Made by a program: the position numbers and the translations under genes. Shown piece after piece: positions 30,874-39,303 of a stretch of DNA of 64,000 nucleotides. The DNA lies in the NCBI GenBank assembly GCA_965203175.1, contig OZ241867.1, forward strand, positions 3,936,001-4,000,000. Direction: 5' to 3'. Within the stretch, counting starts at the first letter, position 1, and each line of letters begins with the position of its first letter. The stretch comes from Candidatus Latescibacterota bacterium (GTDB lineage: Bacteria > Latescibacterota > UBA2968 > UBA8231). The notes beneath the pieces were generated by a model. That model searched no databases, was not told the origin of the DNA, and saw nothing but the letters and a program-made list of their open reading frames with translations.

Positions 30874-32645
30874 AAGCGCGGCTGACTATACCGTTAGTGC
30901 TATGGGCGCTGGCGGCATCCAGCGTTGCAGCGGCGACGATTCAGTTCGAGGCGTCCGTCGATCGCACGCGCGCTAGCGAAGGTGAGCCGATTCGCCTGAC
31001 GATCCGCATCACCTCTGACGAACAATTGGGCCAGGTGACGCCAGCGTTCGATCTAAAGGATTTCCACGTTGAGGGGCCAGCCACTAGCACGCGAATGGAG
31101 ATGAGAAACACCAACATCACCTTCACCCGAGAGCTAGCATACGCCCTCTATGCCAAGCAGGCTGGCACCTTCACAATCGGCCCGCTCCAACTGGAAATGG
31201 GCGGTGAGTATTATCAGACCAAGCCCATTACCCTTGAGATCGTCCGCGGCACCAGCAGTGCACAAGCTGGCCAGGCAGAGAGTCCCATCTTTGTGTTGGC
31301 GCGCGCCGACCACGAGCGGGCTTACGTGGGACAGCAGGTCACCGTATCCTACGATCTGTTCTACCGCATCCAGCCGCGCAACGTTAGCTTCAACAAGCTG
31401 CCGACCTTTGTCGGGTTTTGGACCGAAGATCTCTTTATCGCCCAACAGTTAGATTCGCATCAGGAGGTGCGTGGCGGCGTGTCCTACAACGTCGCGCCAC
31501 TGCGCCGCGTGGCCCTTTTTCCCACCGGAGCGGGAACCCACGCCGTCGGCACGTTGGCTGTTTCCTGCGACATTCCTCAACAGCGCTCGCGCCGCGGCAG
31601 TACACTCGACGACTTTTTCGCTGGCGATCCGTTTTTTGGCCGCTCTCGCTCGGTGCTTCTGCAAAGCGAGGAATTACAAATCGAGGTGCTACCGCTGCCA
31701 GAGCAGGGCCGCCCCGAGGAATTTACCGGCGCGGTGGGGCGCTTCCAGCTCAGCGTCGAAGCCCAGCCGACTCAGGTTGCGGTCGGAGATCCGGTAACGC
31801 TGCGAGTGCTGGTCGAGGGCGAGGGCAACATGGCCGCGGTGCAGCCTCTGCAAGTAGATGCTGCCGCTGGCGTCAAGCTTTACGACCCCAAGGTCGAAGA
31901 GGAAGAGCGGATCACCAACGGCGTGTACGGGGGCCGCCGCCTCTTCGAGTACATCTTGATTCCCGAGCAGGGCGGCACCGTGAACATCCCGCCGTTGCGC
32001 TTTGCGTACTTCGACCCACACCAAGCGCGCTACGAGGTCCTCGAATCCGATCCCATCGCCATTCACAGCAAGGGGAGCGTCGAGGGGGAAGGGGTGAACT
32101 ACGGGCTGAGTCGGCGCGACATAGAGGCCGTAGGCGAGGACATCCGCTACATCAAGCCCGACGCCGAGGCCCTCGTCGCGGCTACCACGCTGCACGAGAG
32201 CTATTGGTTTTGGTCCTTGCAGGGCGCGTTGCCCCTCGCCTTTTTTGCCCTGCTTGTGTGGCAACGCCACCAGCGGCGCTTGCAGGGCGATGTGGCGTAC
32301 GCTCGTCAGCGCCGGGCCAAAGGCGAGGCTGGCCGCCGCCTAGCCCGCGCCGATGCCTTGCTTGAGACCGGTACTGAGGCCGAGTTCTACGGCGAGGTTC
32401 GCGCCGCAGTGCTGGAATTCGTAGCCGACCGCCTCAACCTCGCTGCGGCTGGCCTGACCATTGAGGTTTGTGCCGAGGCCCTAGCGGCGCGCCAAGTTGA
32501 GGCCGAGACGATTGCTGGGTTGCGCGATTTGCTGACGCGCTGCGACTTTGCGCGCTTTGCGCCCGCGGGCGGCCCGCCGACGGACCGGGCGGCGGCGCGG
32601 CACTTGGCCGAGGAGGTGATCGCGGGTTTGGAGAAGCGGATATGA
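30870..32645 (+). CDS. batD: BatD-family protein
   Basis: ASVDR, YVGQQ, FTGAVGRF, GEGN, YFDP. Confidence 0.85.
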   Translation: MKARLTIPLVLWALAASSVAAATIQFEASVDRTRASEGEPIRLTIRITSDEQLGQVTPAFDLKDFHVEGPATSTRMEMRNTNITFTRELAYALYAKQAGTFTIGPLQLEMGGEYYQTKPITLEIVRGTSSAQAGQAESPIFVLARADHERAYVGQQVTVSYDLFYRIQPRNVSFNKLPTFVGFWTEDLFIAQQLDSHQEVRGGVSYNVAPLRRVALFPTGAGTHAVGTLAVSCDIPQQRSRRGSTLDDFFAGDPFFGRSRSVLLQSEELQIEVLPLPEQGRPEEFTGAVGRFQLSVEAQPTQVAVGDPVTLRVLVEGEGNMAAVQPLQVDAAAGVKLYDPKVEEEERITNGVYGGRRLFEYILIPEQGGTVNIPPLRFAYFDPHQARYEVLESDPIAIHSKGSVEGEGVNYGLSRRDIEAVGEDIRYIKPDAEALVAATTLHESYWFWSLQGALPLAFFALLVWQRHQRRLQGDVAYARQRRAKGEAGRRLARADALLETGTEAEFYGEVRAAVLEFVADRLNLAAAGLTIEVCAEALAARQVEAETIAGLRDLLTRCDFARFAPAGGPPTDRAAARHLAEEVIAGLEKRI

Positions 32646-33394
32646 TGCGGGTATTGGTGCTGTTGCTCCTGTTGGGCACTCAACTCCACGCCGGGGCTGC
32701 GGCTGGGCAGTACAACGAGGCCAACGCGCTCTATCGGGACGGAGGTTTTGCTGAAGCGCGGCGCAGCTACTTGGCGGTGGTGGACGCTGGAGTACAAGAC
32801 GCGCGGCTCTACTACAACTTGGGCAATGCTTGCTTCAAGTCCGGGAAGCTGGGCGAAGCGATTCTCTGGTACGAGCGGGCGCGGCGCTTGCTGCCGCACG
32901 ACGCGGACATTGAGGCCAATTTGCGCTTCGCCAACCTAGTGAAGAAGGACCGCGACCCGCAAACTGAGGACGGCCTCGGCGCGCTGGTGGCTGCGCTGGT
33001 GGCCGCCTATTTTTGGCCTACGTTTAACCAGCTCAGCCTGCTGTTCGCCGCGGCATTTTTCGCGGTCTTTGTCTTGGGGGTGCGGTGGTTATTCGCGCAG
33101 CCGCGTCTCGGTGCGCTGTGGCTAGTCGGGTTTTTGCTCTGTGCGGGGCTGAGTGTCGGGTCTGCGCTCTGGCTGGGGACGCGCCTCCACCATCAGGCGC
33201 AGACGAGCGAAGCCATCATCACAGTTGACATGGCGCACGCGCGCTCCGGCCCCGACCTCGGGCAGACGGAAGTCTTTGTCGCGCACGAGGGTACCAAGGT
33301 TCGCTTAGTGCGGCAGGAAGGGGGGTGGATGCTGGTGCGGCTGGCCAACGGCCTCGGCGGATGGATGCAAGCGGAAGCCTTGACGAAGATCTGA
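32642..33394 (+). CDS. TPR plus SH3-like protein (BatE-like)
   Basis: YYNLGNA, YERA, HEGTKV, C-terminal GW. Confidence 0.85.
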   Translation: MMRVLVLLLLLGTQLHAGAAAGQYNEANALYRDGGFAEARRSYLAVVDAGVQDARLYYNLGNACFKSGKLGEAILWYERARRLLPHDADIEANLRFANLVKKDRDPQTEDGLGALVAALVAAYFWPTFNQLSLLFAAAFFAVFVLGVRWLFAQPRLGALWLVGFLLCAGLSVGSALWLGTRLHHQAQTSEAIITVDMAHARSGPDLGQTEVFVAHEGTKVRLVRQEGGWMLVRLANGLGGWMQAEALTKI

Positions 33395-33449
33395 ACCTAA
33401 CAACGACTTTTTCGCTTAGATCAAACCACAACCAAAACAAGGATAAGCC

Positions 33450-34505
33450 ATGAGCACGCTCAAAGTAGGTATCGTCGGCGTCGGCGGGATCGCCCGCACG
33501 CATATCCCCGGCTGGGAGGCTTCTAGCGAGGCTGAGCTAGTCGCTGGCAGCGACATTAGCGAGGAGGCGCTGAAGCACTTTGGCACTGAAAACGGGGTTA
33601 CCAAACTGCACACCGACCCGGAGGCACTGTTCAGCGATCCAGATATCGACATTATAGACATCTGCACGCCCAACATGTATCACGCCCCCTTGGCCATTGC
33701 CGCGCTGTCGGCTGGCAAGCACGTGATCTGCGAAAAGCCTTTGGCCCCCACGCCCGAGGATGTTCGCCAGATGATCGCGGCGCGCGATGCCTCGGGCAAG
33801 GAGCTGATGACGGCGCAGCACTTTCGCTTTCAGGGTTCGTCCCGTGCGCTAAAAGATGAGATAGACTCGGGCGCGCTCGGCGACATCTACCACGCCCGTA
33901 GTTGGATGCTGCGTCGGGCTGGGGCACCGGTTGGTGGCGGGTTTATTCTCAAGGAGCACAGCGGCGGCGGCCCCTGCATCGACATTGGGGTTCACATCCT
34001 CGACCTAACCTTGTGGTTTATGGGGCATCCCGAGCCAGTGGCCGTTTCGGGTGTGGCTCGCGCTGAATTGGCGCACCAAGAGGGGTCTTTTAGCCAATGG
34101 GGCCGCCAGACGATTCCATCCCACTACGATGTCGAGGATTTTGCCGCGGCCTTTGTGCGCTTTGACAATGGCGCAGTGCTGATCTTGGAAGTAAGCTGGC
34201 TTTTGCACCACCCCGTCCAAGGCGAGGACATGCAGATGTGGCTCTACGGCACCCGAGGTGGGGCGCACTGGCCCCAGTGCTCGATTTGCGAGAGCAACAA
34301 CCAGACCCGCCAGCAGTACGACCGCAAGCTCATGCTGATGTACGACGGCCTCGAAGCCCACGCGCAGGAATGCGTGGAGTTCGCCGCAGCGATTGCCCAA
34401 GGGCGACCCTCGCCGGTGCCGCCGGAACAATCCCTACAGGTGATGAAGATCCTCGATGGGATCTACCGGAGCCAAGAGGCGGGGGAGGAGATACGGCTGG
34501 ACTAA
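33450..34505 (+). CDS. Gfo/Idh/MocA-family oxidoreductase
   Basis: GIVGVGGI, ICTPN, GKHVICEKP, GGGPCIDIGVH. Confidence 0.93.
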   Translation: MSTLKVGIVGVGGIARTHIPGWEASSEAELVAGSDISEEALKHFGTENGVTKLHTDPEALFSDPDIDIIDICTPNMYHAPLAIAALSAGKHVICEKPLAPTPEDVRQMIAARDASGKELMTAQHFRFQGSSRALKDEIDSGALGDIYHARSWMLRRAGAPVGGGFILKEHSGGGPCIDIGVHILDLTLWFMGHPEPVAVSGVARAELAHQEGSFSQWGRQTIPSHYDVEDFAAAFVRFDNGAVLILEVSWLLHHPVQGEDMQMWLYGTRGGAHWPQCSICESNNQTRQQYDRKLMLMYDGLEAHAQECVEFAAAIAQGRPSPVPPEQSLQVMKILDGIYRSQEAGEEIRLD

Positions 34506-34669
34506 GAGGGGGTGGTTTACCTTCCAAAAGTACTTCGTCTTGGATAATCATCCCAAGCTGCGGGATTTCATCCAAGGGTGGCATCGCGATGAAGCTAGAT
34601 AATAAAATTGAATCTTCCCCGCCTATCTTCTATCTTCGGCAGAGTCCCGGAGATTGCGAAAGGTAGGAT

Positions 34670-35896
34670 ATGCTCATTCGTCGTATCAAACAGACCAACC
34701 TGCTCTCATTCGGCCCCGACTCCGAGGGAATCGAACTTAAGCGGCTAAACGTATTGATCGGCCCCAATGGTTCGGGGAAGTCTAATCTTCTAGAGGGGAT
34801 CGATATCCTCCGGTCGGCTCCAAGAGATTTGGTTGCGCCCATTCGCGAGGGAGGAGGCATCCATGATTGGATATGGCGGGGAAGACCGGAAGGTGCTGCT
34901 CGCATCGAGGCCATTGTGGAGAATCCACAGGGGTCACAGGCGTTGCGGTACTGGCTGGGTTTTGCAGAGCGCGGCCAGCGATTTGAACTGATCGAAGAGC
35001 GGATAGAGAACGAACAGAGTGATGAAGGACATGAGGTGCCATATATCTATTACAATCAGAAAGGCGGGCAGGCGTTTCTCACTTACAAGGATGAGACCGG
35101 CTTGGATCCTACCGTAGAGGCTACCGTAAAGGCGAAATACCCTAATGTTCGTCTTCGGCTGGGCCGATACGACTTGCGTCCCGAGGAAGTCAAACTGGAC
35201 CAGTCCATCCTGTCCCAACGTAAAGATCCCGACCTCCCTGAACTGATGTACCTCGGCGAGGAATTGAGCCGCATTCGCATTTATCGCGAGTGGTCGCTTG
35301 GGCGCGACTCCCCACTGCGGTTACCGCAGAAGGCCGACCTTCCCAACGATTTCCTGCAAGAAGACGGGAAAAACTTAGCCTTGGTGTTAAACAGGCTTCA
35401 AGGTGAGCCGGCGGTAAAGCAGCGTCTGCTGGACGCTCTGCGCAGACTCTACGAGGGCATAACCGATTTCTACTTCAGCATTGAGGGTAGTACGATCCAA
35501 TTGTTCTTACAGGAAGGTGACGTGGTCATACCGGCGACCCGTCTTTCGGACGGTACGCTGCGGTACCTCTGTTTGCTCTCCATTCTCTGTCACCCGGAGC
35601 CTCCGCCCCTCATCTGTATCGAGGAACCCGAACTGGGCCTGCACCCAGACATGCTACTGACGGTGAGCAAGTTGTTGCTTGAAGCCTCCGAACGCAACCA
35701 GTTGATTGTAACGACTCATTCGGACATGCTCGTCGATGCCCTGACCAATGACTGGTGGAGTGTCGCAGTTTGCGAAAAGCGCGACGGGCAGACTGTGATG
35801 CGCCGTCTCGATGAGAAGAAAATGGCTGCTTGGCTGGAGGAGTATCGGCTCGGAGAACTCTGGAGTAGTGGCGAGATCGGGGGGAATCCTTGGTGA
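34670..35896 (+). CDS. ABC-type AAA ATPase (AAA_21/AAA_15-like)
   Basis: GPNGSGKSN, LSDGTLR signature, IEEPELGLHP, TTHS, ends LGELWSSGEIGG. Confidence 0.88.
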   Translation: MLIRRIKQTNLLSFGPDSEGIELKRLNVLIGPNGSGKSNLLEGIDILRSAPRDLVAPIREGGGIHDWIWRGRPEGAARIEAIVENPQGSQALRYWLGFAERGQRFELIEERIENEQSDEGHEVPYIYYNQKGGQAFLTYKDETGLDPTVEATVKAKYPNVRLRLGRYDLRPEEVKLDQSILSQRKDPDLPELMYLGEELSRIRIYREWSLGRDSPLRLPQKADLPNDFLQEDGKNLALVLNRLQGEPAVKQRLLDALRRLYEGITDFYFSIEGSTIQLFLQEGDVVIPATRLSDGTLRYLCLLSILCHPEPPPLICIEEPELGLHPDMLLTVSKLLLEASERNQLIVTTHSDMLVDALTNDWWSVAVCEKRDGQTVMRRLDEKKMAAWLEEYRLGELWSSGEIGGNPW

Positions 35897-36501
35897 GCAT
35901 CAAGGTGTATGTCGAGGGTGGTGGAGACAAGAATCCAAAATTAAACAGACAATGTCGCGCTGGCTTCAGGGAGTTTTTTAGCAAGGCCGGGCTTGAAGGT
36001 CCTATGCCGAGCGTTCATCCTGGCGGTTCCCGAGAAAAAACTTATAAAAAATTTTGTACCGCCATTAATGAAGCCAAAGACGACTGTTTTATCGTTCTCC
36101 TGGTAGATAGTGAGGCCGCAGTCGCATCTAGCGATAGCCCTTGGGAACACTTAAAGAAGAGCGATAAATGGATCCAGCCCTCGGCTGCTGCGGATGACAG
36201 CGCACAACTTATGGTGCAGTGCATGGAAGCGTGGTTCATCGCGGACCGGCAATCCTTGGGTGCCTATTTTGGCCAGAACTTCAACGCCACCGCGTTACCA
36301 AAACAACATAAAGTGGAAGCTATCGCAAAAGACGACCTTGAACGAACGCTGAAACAGGCGACAAGGTCGTGCTCTAAAGGTAAAGGAATATACCGGAAGG
36401 GTCGGCATTCGTTCGAGTTGCTTGAATGCTTGGACCCAAGTAAGGTGATGGAATCTTCGCCCCATGCGCGACGGCTCATTGACGCGCTGAAGCGGTCTTA
36501 A
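35893..36501 (+). CDS. DUF4276-family (TOPRIM-like) protein
   Basis: VYVEGGG, LLVDSE, LMVQCMEAWFIAD, YRKGRHS; GTGA overlap with the ATPase. Confidence 0.78.
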   Translation: MSIKVYVEGGGDKNPKLNRQCRAGFREFFSKAGLEGPMPSVHPGGSREKTYKKFCTAINEAKDDCFIVLLVDSEAAVASSDSPWEHLKKSDKWIQPSAAADDSAQLMVQCMEAWFIADRQSLGAYFGQNFNATALPKQHKVEAIAKDDLERTLKQATRSCSKGKGIYRKGRHSFELLECLDPSKVMESSPHARRLIDALKRS

Positions 36502-36590
36502 AGTTTCGCGTGCTGCCCGATTGGTCTCGACGTTGCGATTCGCACTCGGCTAGGTATTCGGTCGTCCGCTTATCAAAGTTTCCCCAAATA

Positions 36591-37037
36591 TCACGGTCCT
36601 TCCAGCCAAGCGACAAAGGCCGCTGGCGACTCGACCACTACGCGGCCGTTGAGCGACTCGTGTTCAAAGCCGCACATTTGGTCACCGACGAAGGCGAATA
36701 CGCCGGTGGTCTGTGAGATAAAGGCCAGCTCAAAGGTCAAATCGGGTACGGCCACTTGATGTAGGTCGAGATGGGGCAGGGCAAAAGTGTAGATGTAATC
36801 TCGACTAGTCAGTTCGACTTCAATTTCTATGCCAAGTGGAAGGTGTAACTCCTTCCCCTGCTTGGTTATATCGTCATCAGTATGCAACTCGCCATCGGGG
36901 CCTGGATAGCGAAATTGCCAGGTGAACTCTTCCCCGGTGATTTGGATGCGCAGCGGTCCTGGGGGCAGGGCGGGCGTGCAGCCGTCCGCCCCCAATAGGA
37001 CCAGTCCCCAGAGCATGAATCGGATATGGCCGTGCAT
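36591..37037 (-). CDS. Stand-alone CoxB/CuA-like cupredoxin-domain lipoprotein with degenerate metal site
   Basis: FTWQFRYPGPDG, LHLP, LTSRD, CGFEH; signal peptide with ADGC. Confidence 0.75.
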   Translation of the reverse strand: MHGHIRFMLWGLVLLGADGCTPALPPGPLRIQITGEEFTWQFRYPGPDGELHTDDDITKQGKELHLPLGIEIEVELTSRDYIYTFALPHLDLHQVAVPDLTFELAFISQTTGVFAFVGDQMCGFEHESLNGRVVVESPAAFVAWLEGP

Positions 37038-37088
37038 GACGTATCCTATTCTCGAACAGTCGTTTAAGTCTAATGTCTTAAGGCGAAG

Positions 37089-37134
37089 TATTTGCGACTA
37101 AACGCAAATAAACCAGCCCATCCCCGCGTGTCAA
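37089..37134 (-). promoter_or_regulatory. Putative sigma70 promoter with overlapping palindromic operator
   Basis: Minus strand TTGACA-16-TTTATT; TATTTGCG-N6-CGCAAATA at 37089-37110. Confidence 0.5.
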
Positions 37135-37208
37135 GTTGCTTTACACGCGCTCTTGATCTCCCTAAAATCACCCCACACCCGTCTATCAATCCTCTCAGGA
37201 GTAAGGAC

Positions 37209-39146
37209 ATGCCCGCCATAACTGCCAATATCCCACTCAACTCGCCAGCCCACTGGGCCGTGTGGCAGCGCCGCCTCTTCGACGCCTTGGACCAATCGGT
37301 GCAGCCCTTTCTCGACCATTTCACCCGCGAGGACGGCGAATTCATCTGGCAGGACGAGTGGGGCGGCGGCAGCCCCGACGATTTCTACGAGCCTTTTTTT
37401 AATTGGCCGCTCGTGTATCTGATGGGCGGCGGCGAGCACCTGTTGGACTTAGCCGACCGCCAGTGGGAGGCCATTACCCGCCAACTGACCCGCTTGGGCA
37501 CGGTTAGCAAGGAATACGGCATCCGCGAAGACCAGATGCATCAAGCCGAAAGCGACATCTGCTTTTACCACTTGTGCTTGGCCCACCCCAACGCCCCTCG
37601 GCGCGTCGAGCGGGCTTGTCGCTTTGCTGGCTTTTATCTCAACGAAGACCCCGAAGCGCAAAACTACGATCCCGAGCACAAAATCCTTCGCTCGGGCCTC
37701 AACGGCAGCCACGGCCCCTATTTCGCCCCGCTATCCGAACGCGACAAACAAAGTTACAACCCCTTGGGCGGCAGCATGGAAGTGTACAATTTGCCATTTT
37801 TCGACTTGCCCGGCATTACCAGTGTGCAGGACTTGGCCGACCCGGCTAAAGCCCGTTTGATGGGGCAGACCCTGTTCGACCGCTGGCGTCAGGGTGATAC
37901 GCCGACCAACTTGGCTGTCACCTCGCTGGTAACCAACGCCTTCCTGATTACCGGCGATGAAAAATACCGCGCTTGGGTTGTGGAATACACCGACGCTTGG
38001 GTAGAGCGTGCTCAAGCCAACGGCGGCATGTTGCCGGACAACGTCGGTCTGTCGGGCCAAGTGGGAGAGTACTGCGCTGGCAACTGGTACGGCGGGCGCT
38101 ACGGCTGGACTTTTCCACACGGTTTTTTGACCTTGCAGAAAGCCACGCTCGACGCGGCGGCCAATGCCTATCTGTTGACCCGCGACCGGGCCTATCTCGA
38201 CCTGCCACGCCAGCAGATGGACCGCATCTTGGAACAAGGGCGCATGGAGGATATCCGCGACCAGTACATGAGCGTGGCCGAGCGCTGGGCGAGCCAATTT
38301 GCCGCTATGGGCGAAAAAAGCGAGACCTTGCTGGTACCCTACCGCTACGGCGACGCCGGCTGGTTCGACTGGCAGCCCATGAGTCCGGTGTACCCGGTGA
38401 CGCTGTGGAATCTGTCCATGGACGAGGGCGACTGGGAGCGCATGGAGGCGATTCGGCAAAAAGAAGCGTTCGACTGGGCCGCGGTCTTTCCCTTTCACAA
38501 CAAAGAGGACTCGGGCCACGAGGCCCCTTGGGTGCGCTTTTTGGCTGGGGCTAACCTGGCCTATCCAGAGCAAATGTTGCAGGCCACGTACCAAGTGGCC
38601 GGCCGCCGCTTGGCTCAACTGCGCGCCGATCAAGACGTGGGCACCCGCCATCACGTTCACCACTGGCAATGGGGCAATCCCGTTTCCTCCGAAGCCCTCA
38701 TCCAGCTAACTATGGGCGGCCCACAACCCATCTACAACGGCGGCCTGCTGCACGCCCGCCTGCGCTACTTTGACGCCCAGCGCCGCCGCCCTGGCCTGCC
38801 CGCAGACGTCGGTGCCTTGGTGGAAAAGCTCGAAGCAAACCGCACGGTCGTGCGCTTGGTCAATTTGAATCACAACGAGGGCCGAGAACTGGTCATTCAG
38901 GGCGGCGCTTTTGGCGAGCACCGCTTTGGCCGGGCTGCGTATCAAAGCCGCACCAGCGAGTACCCGGGCTGGATGGGCGGCTATGCCGGCACGTACGCAG
39001 CTCCGCCCTTGGAGACAGAGGAGCGCCAGCTAGCCGTTGATGACAAGCACCTGAGCATCACCTTACCGCCCCATTGCGAAATCACCCTCGACCTAGAGAC
39101 CCAGCGCTACGTCAATGAGCCTTCGCACCACGCCGGGCCGTTTTAA
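37209..39146 (+). CDS. Large hypothetical protein (645 aa, Trp/Tyr/Asp-rich, possibly alpha/alpha-toroid enzyme)
   Basis: AGGAG-type RBS, long ORF with host-like codon usage, no family recognised with confidence. Confidence 0.7.
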   Translation: MPAITANIPLNSPAHWAVWQRRLFDALDQSVQPFLDHFTREDGEFIWQDEWGGGSPDDFYEPFFNWPLVYLMGGGEHLLDLADRQWEAITRQLTRLGTVSKEYGIREDQMHQAESDICFYHLCLAHPNAPRRVERACRFAGFYLNEDPEAQNYDPEHKILRSGLNGSHGPYFAPLSERDKQSYNPLGGSMEVYNLPFFDLPGITSVQDLADPAKARLMGQTLFDRWRQGDTPTNLAVTSLVTNAFLITGDEKYRAWVVEYTDAWVERAQANGGMLPDNVGLSGQVGEYCAGNWYGGRYGWTFPHGFLTLQKATLDAAANAYLLTRDRAYLDLPRQQMDRILEQGRMEDIRDQYMSVAERWASQFAAMGEKSETLLVPYRYGDAGWFDWQPMSPVYPVTLWNLSMDEGDWERMEAIRQKEAFDWAAVFPFHNKEDSGHEAPWVRFLAGANLAYPEQMLQATYQVAGRRLAQLRADQDVGTRHHVHHWQWGNPVSSEALIQLTMGGPQPIYNGGLLHARLRYFDAQRRRPGLPADVGALVEKLEANRTVVRLVNLNHNEGRELVIQGGAFGEHRFGRAAYQSRTSEYPGWMGGYAGTYAAPPLETEERQLAVDDKHLSITLPPHCEITLDLETQRYVNEPSHHAGPF

Positions 39147-39151
39147 GCGGC

Positions 39152-39180
39152 TTGACAGGTCATTAACGCTTTGGTTTATT
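39152..39180 (+). promoter_or_regulatory. Putative sigma70 promoter
   Basis: TTGACA-17-TTTATT with a TG extended -10 element. Confidence 0.6.
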
Positions 39181-39187
39181 GCAAATA

Positions 39188-39300
39188 AGTGCTCGAAGGG
39201 AGCCCTCAGGTCCGCGGTAAGGGTCAAACCCACCTCTCAGCAAAATAACAGCCTTCTTTCAGCCTGCGACGCGGACACCAGGCACTAACGAGAGAGGGTT
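39188..39300 (+). ncRNA. Candidate structured cis-regulatory 5' leader
   Basis: AGTGCT/GGCACT, GTCCGCG/CGCGGAC and GGGT-CAA-ACCC pairings; AACCCACCTCTC is largely complementary to the RBS region GAGAGAGGGTT. Confidence 0.5.
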
Positions 39301-39303
39301 GGC

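Noticed and set aside
34510-34602. Startless frame GWFTFQKYFVLDNHPKLRDFIQGWHRDEAR* and an imperfect hairpin before the ATPase
   Set aside because: It may be a gene remnant, but it matches no gene end in the window and cannot be supported without a search.
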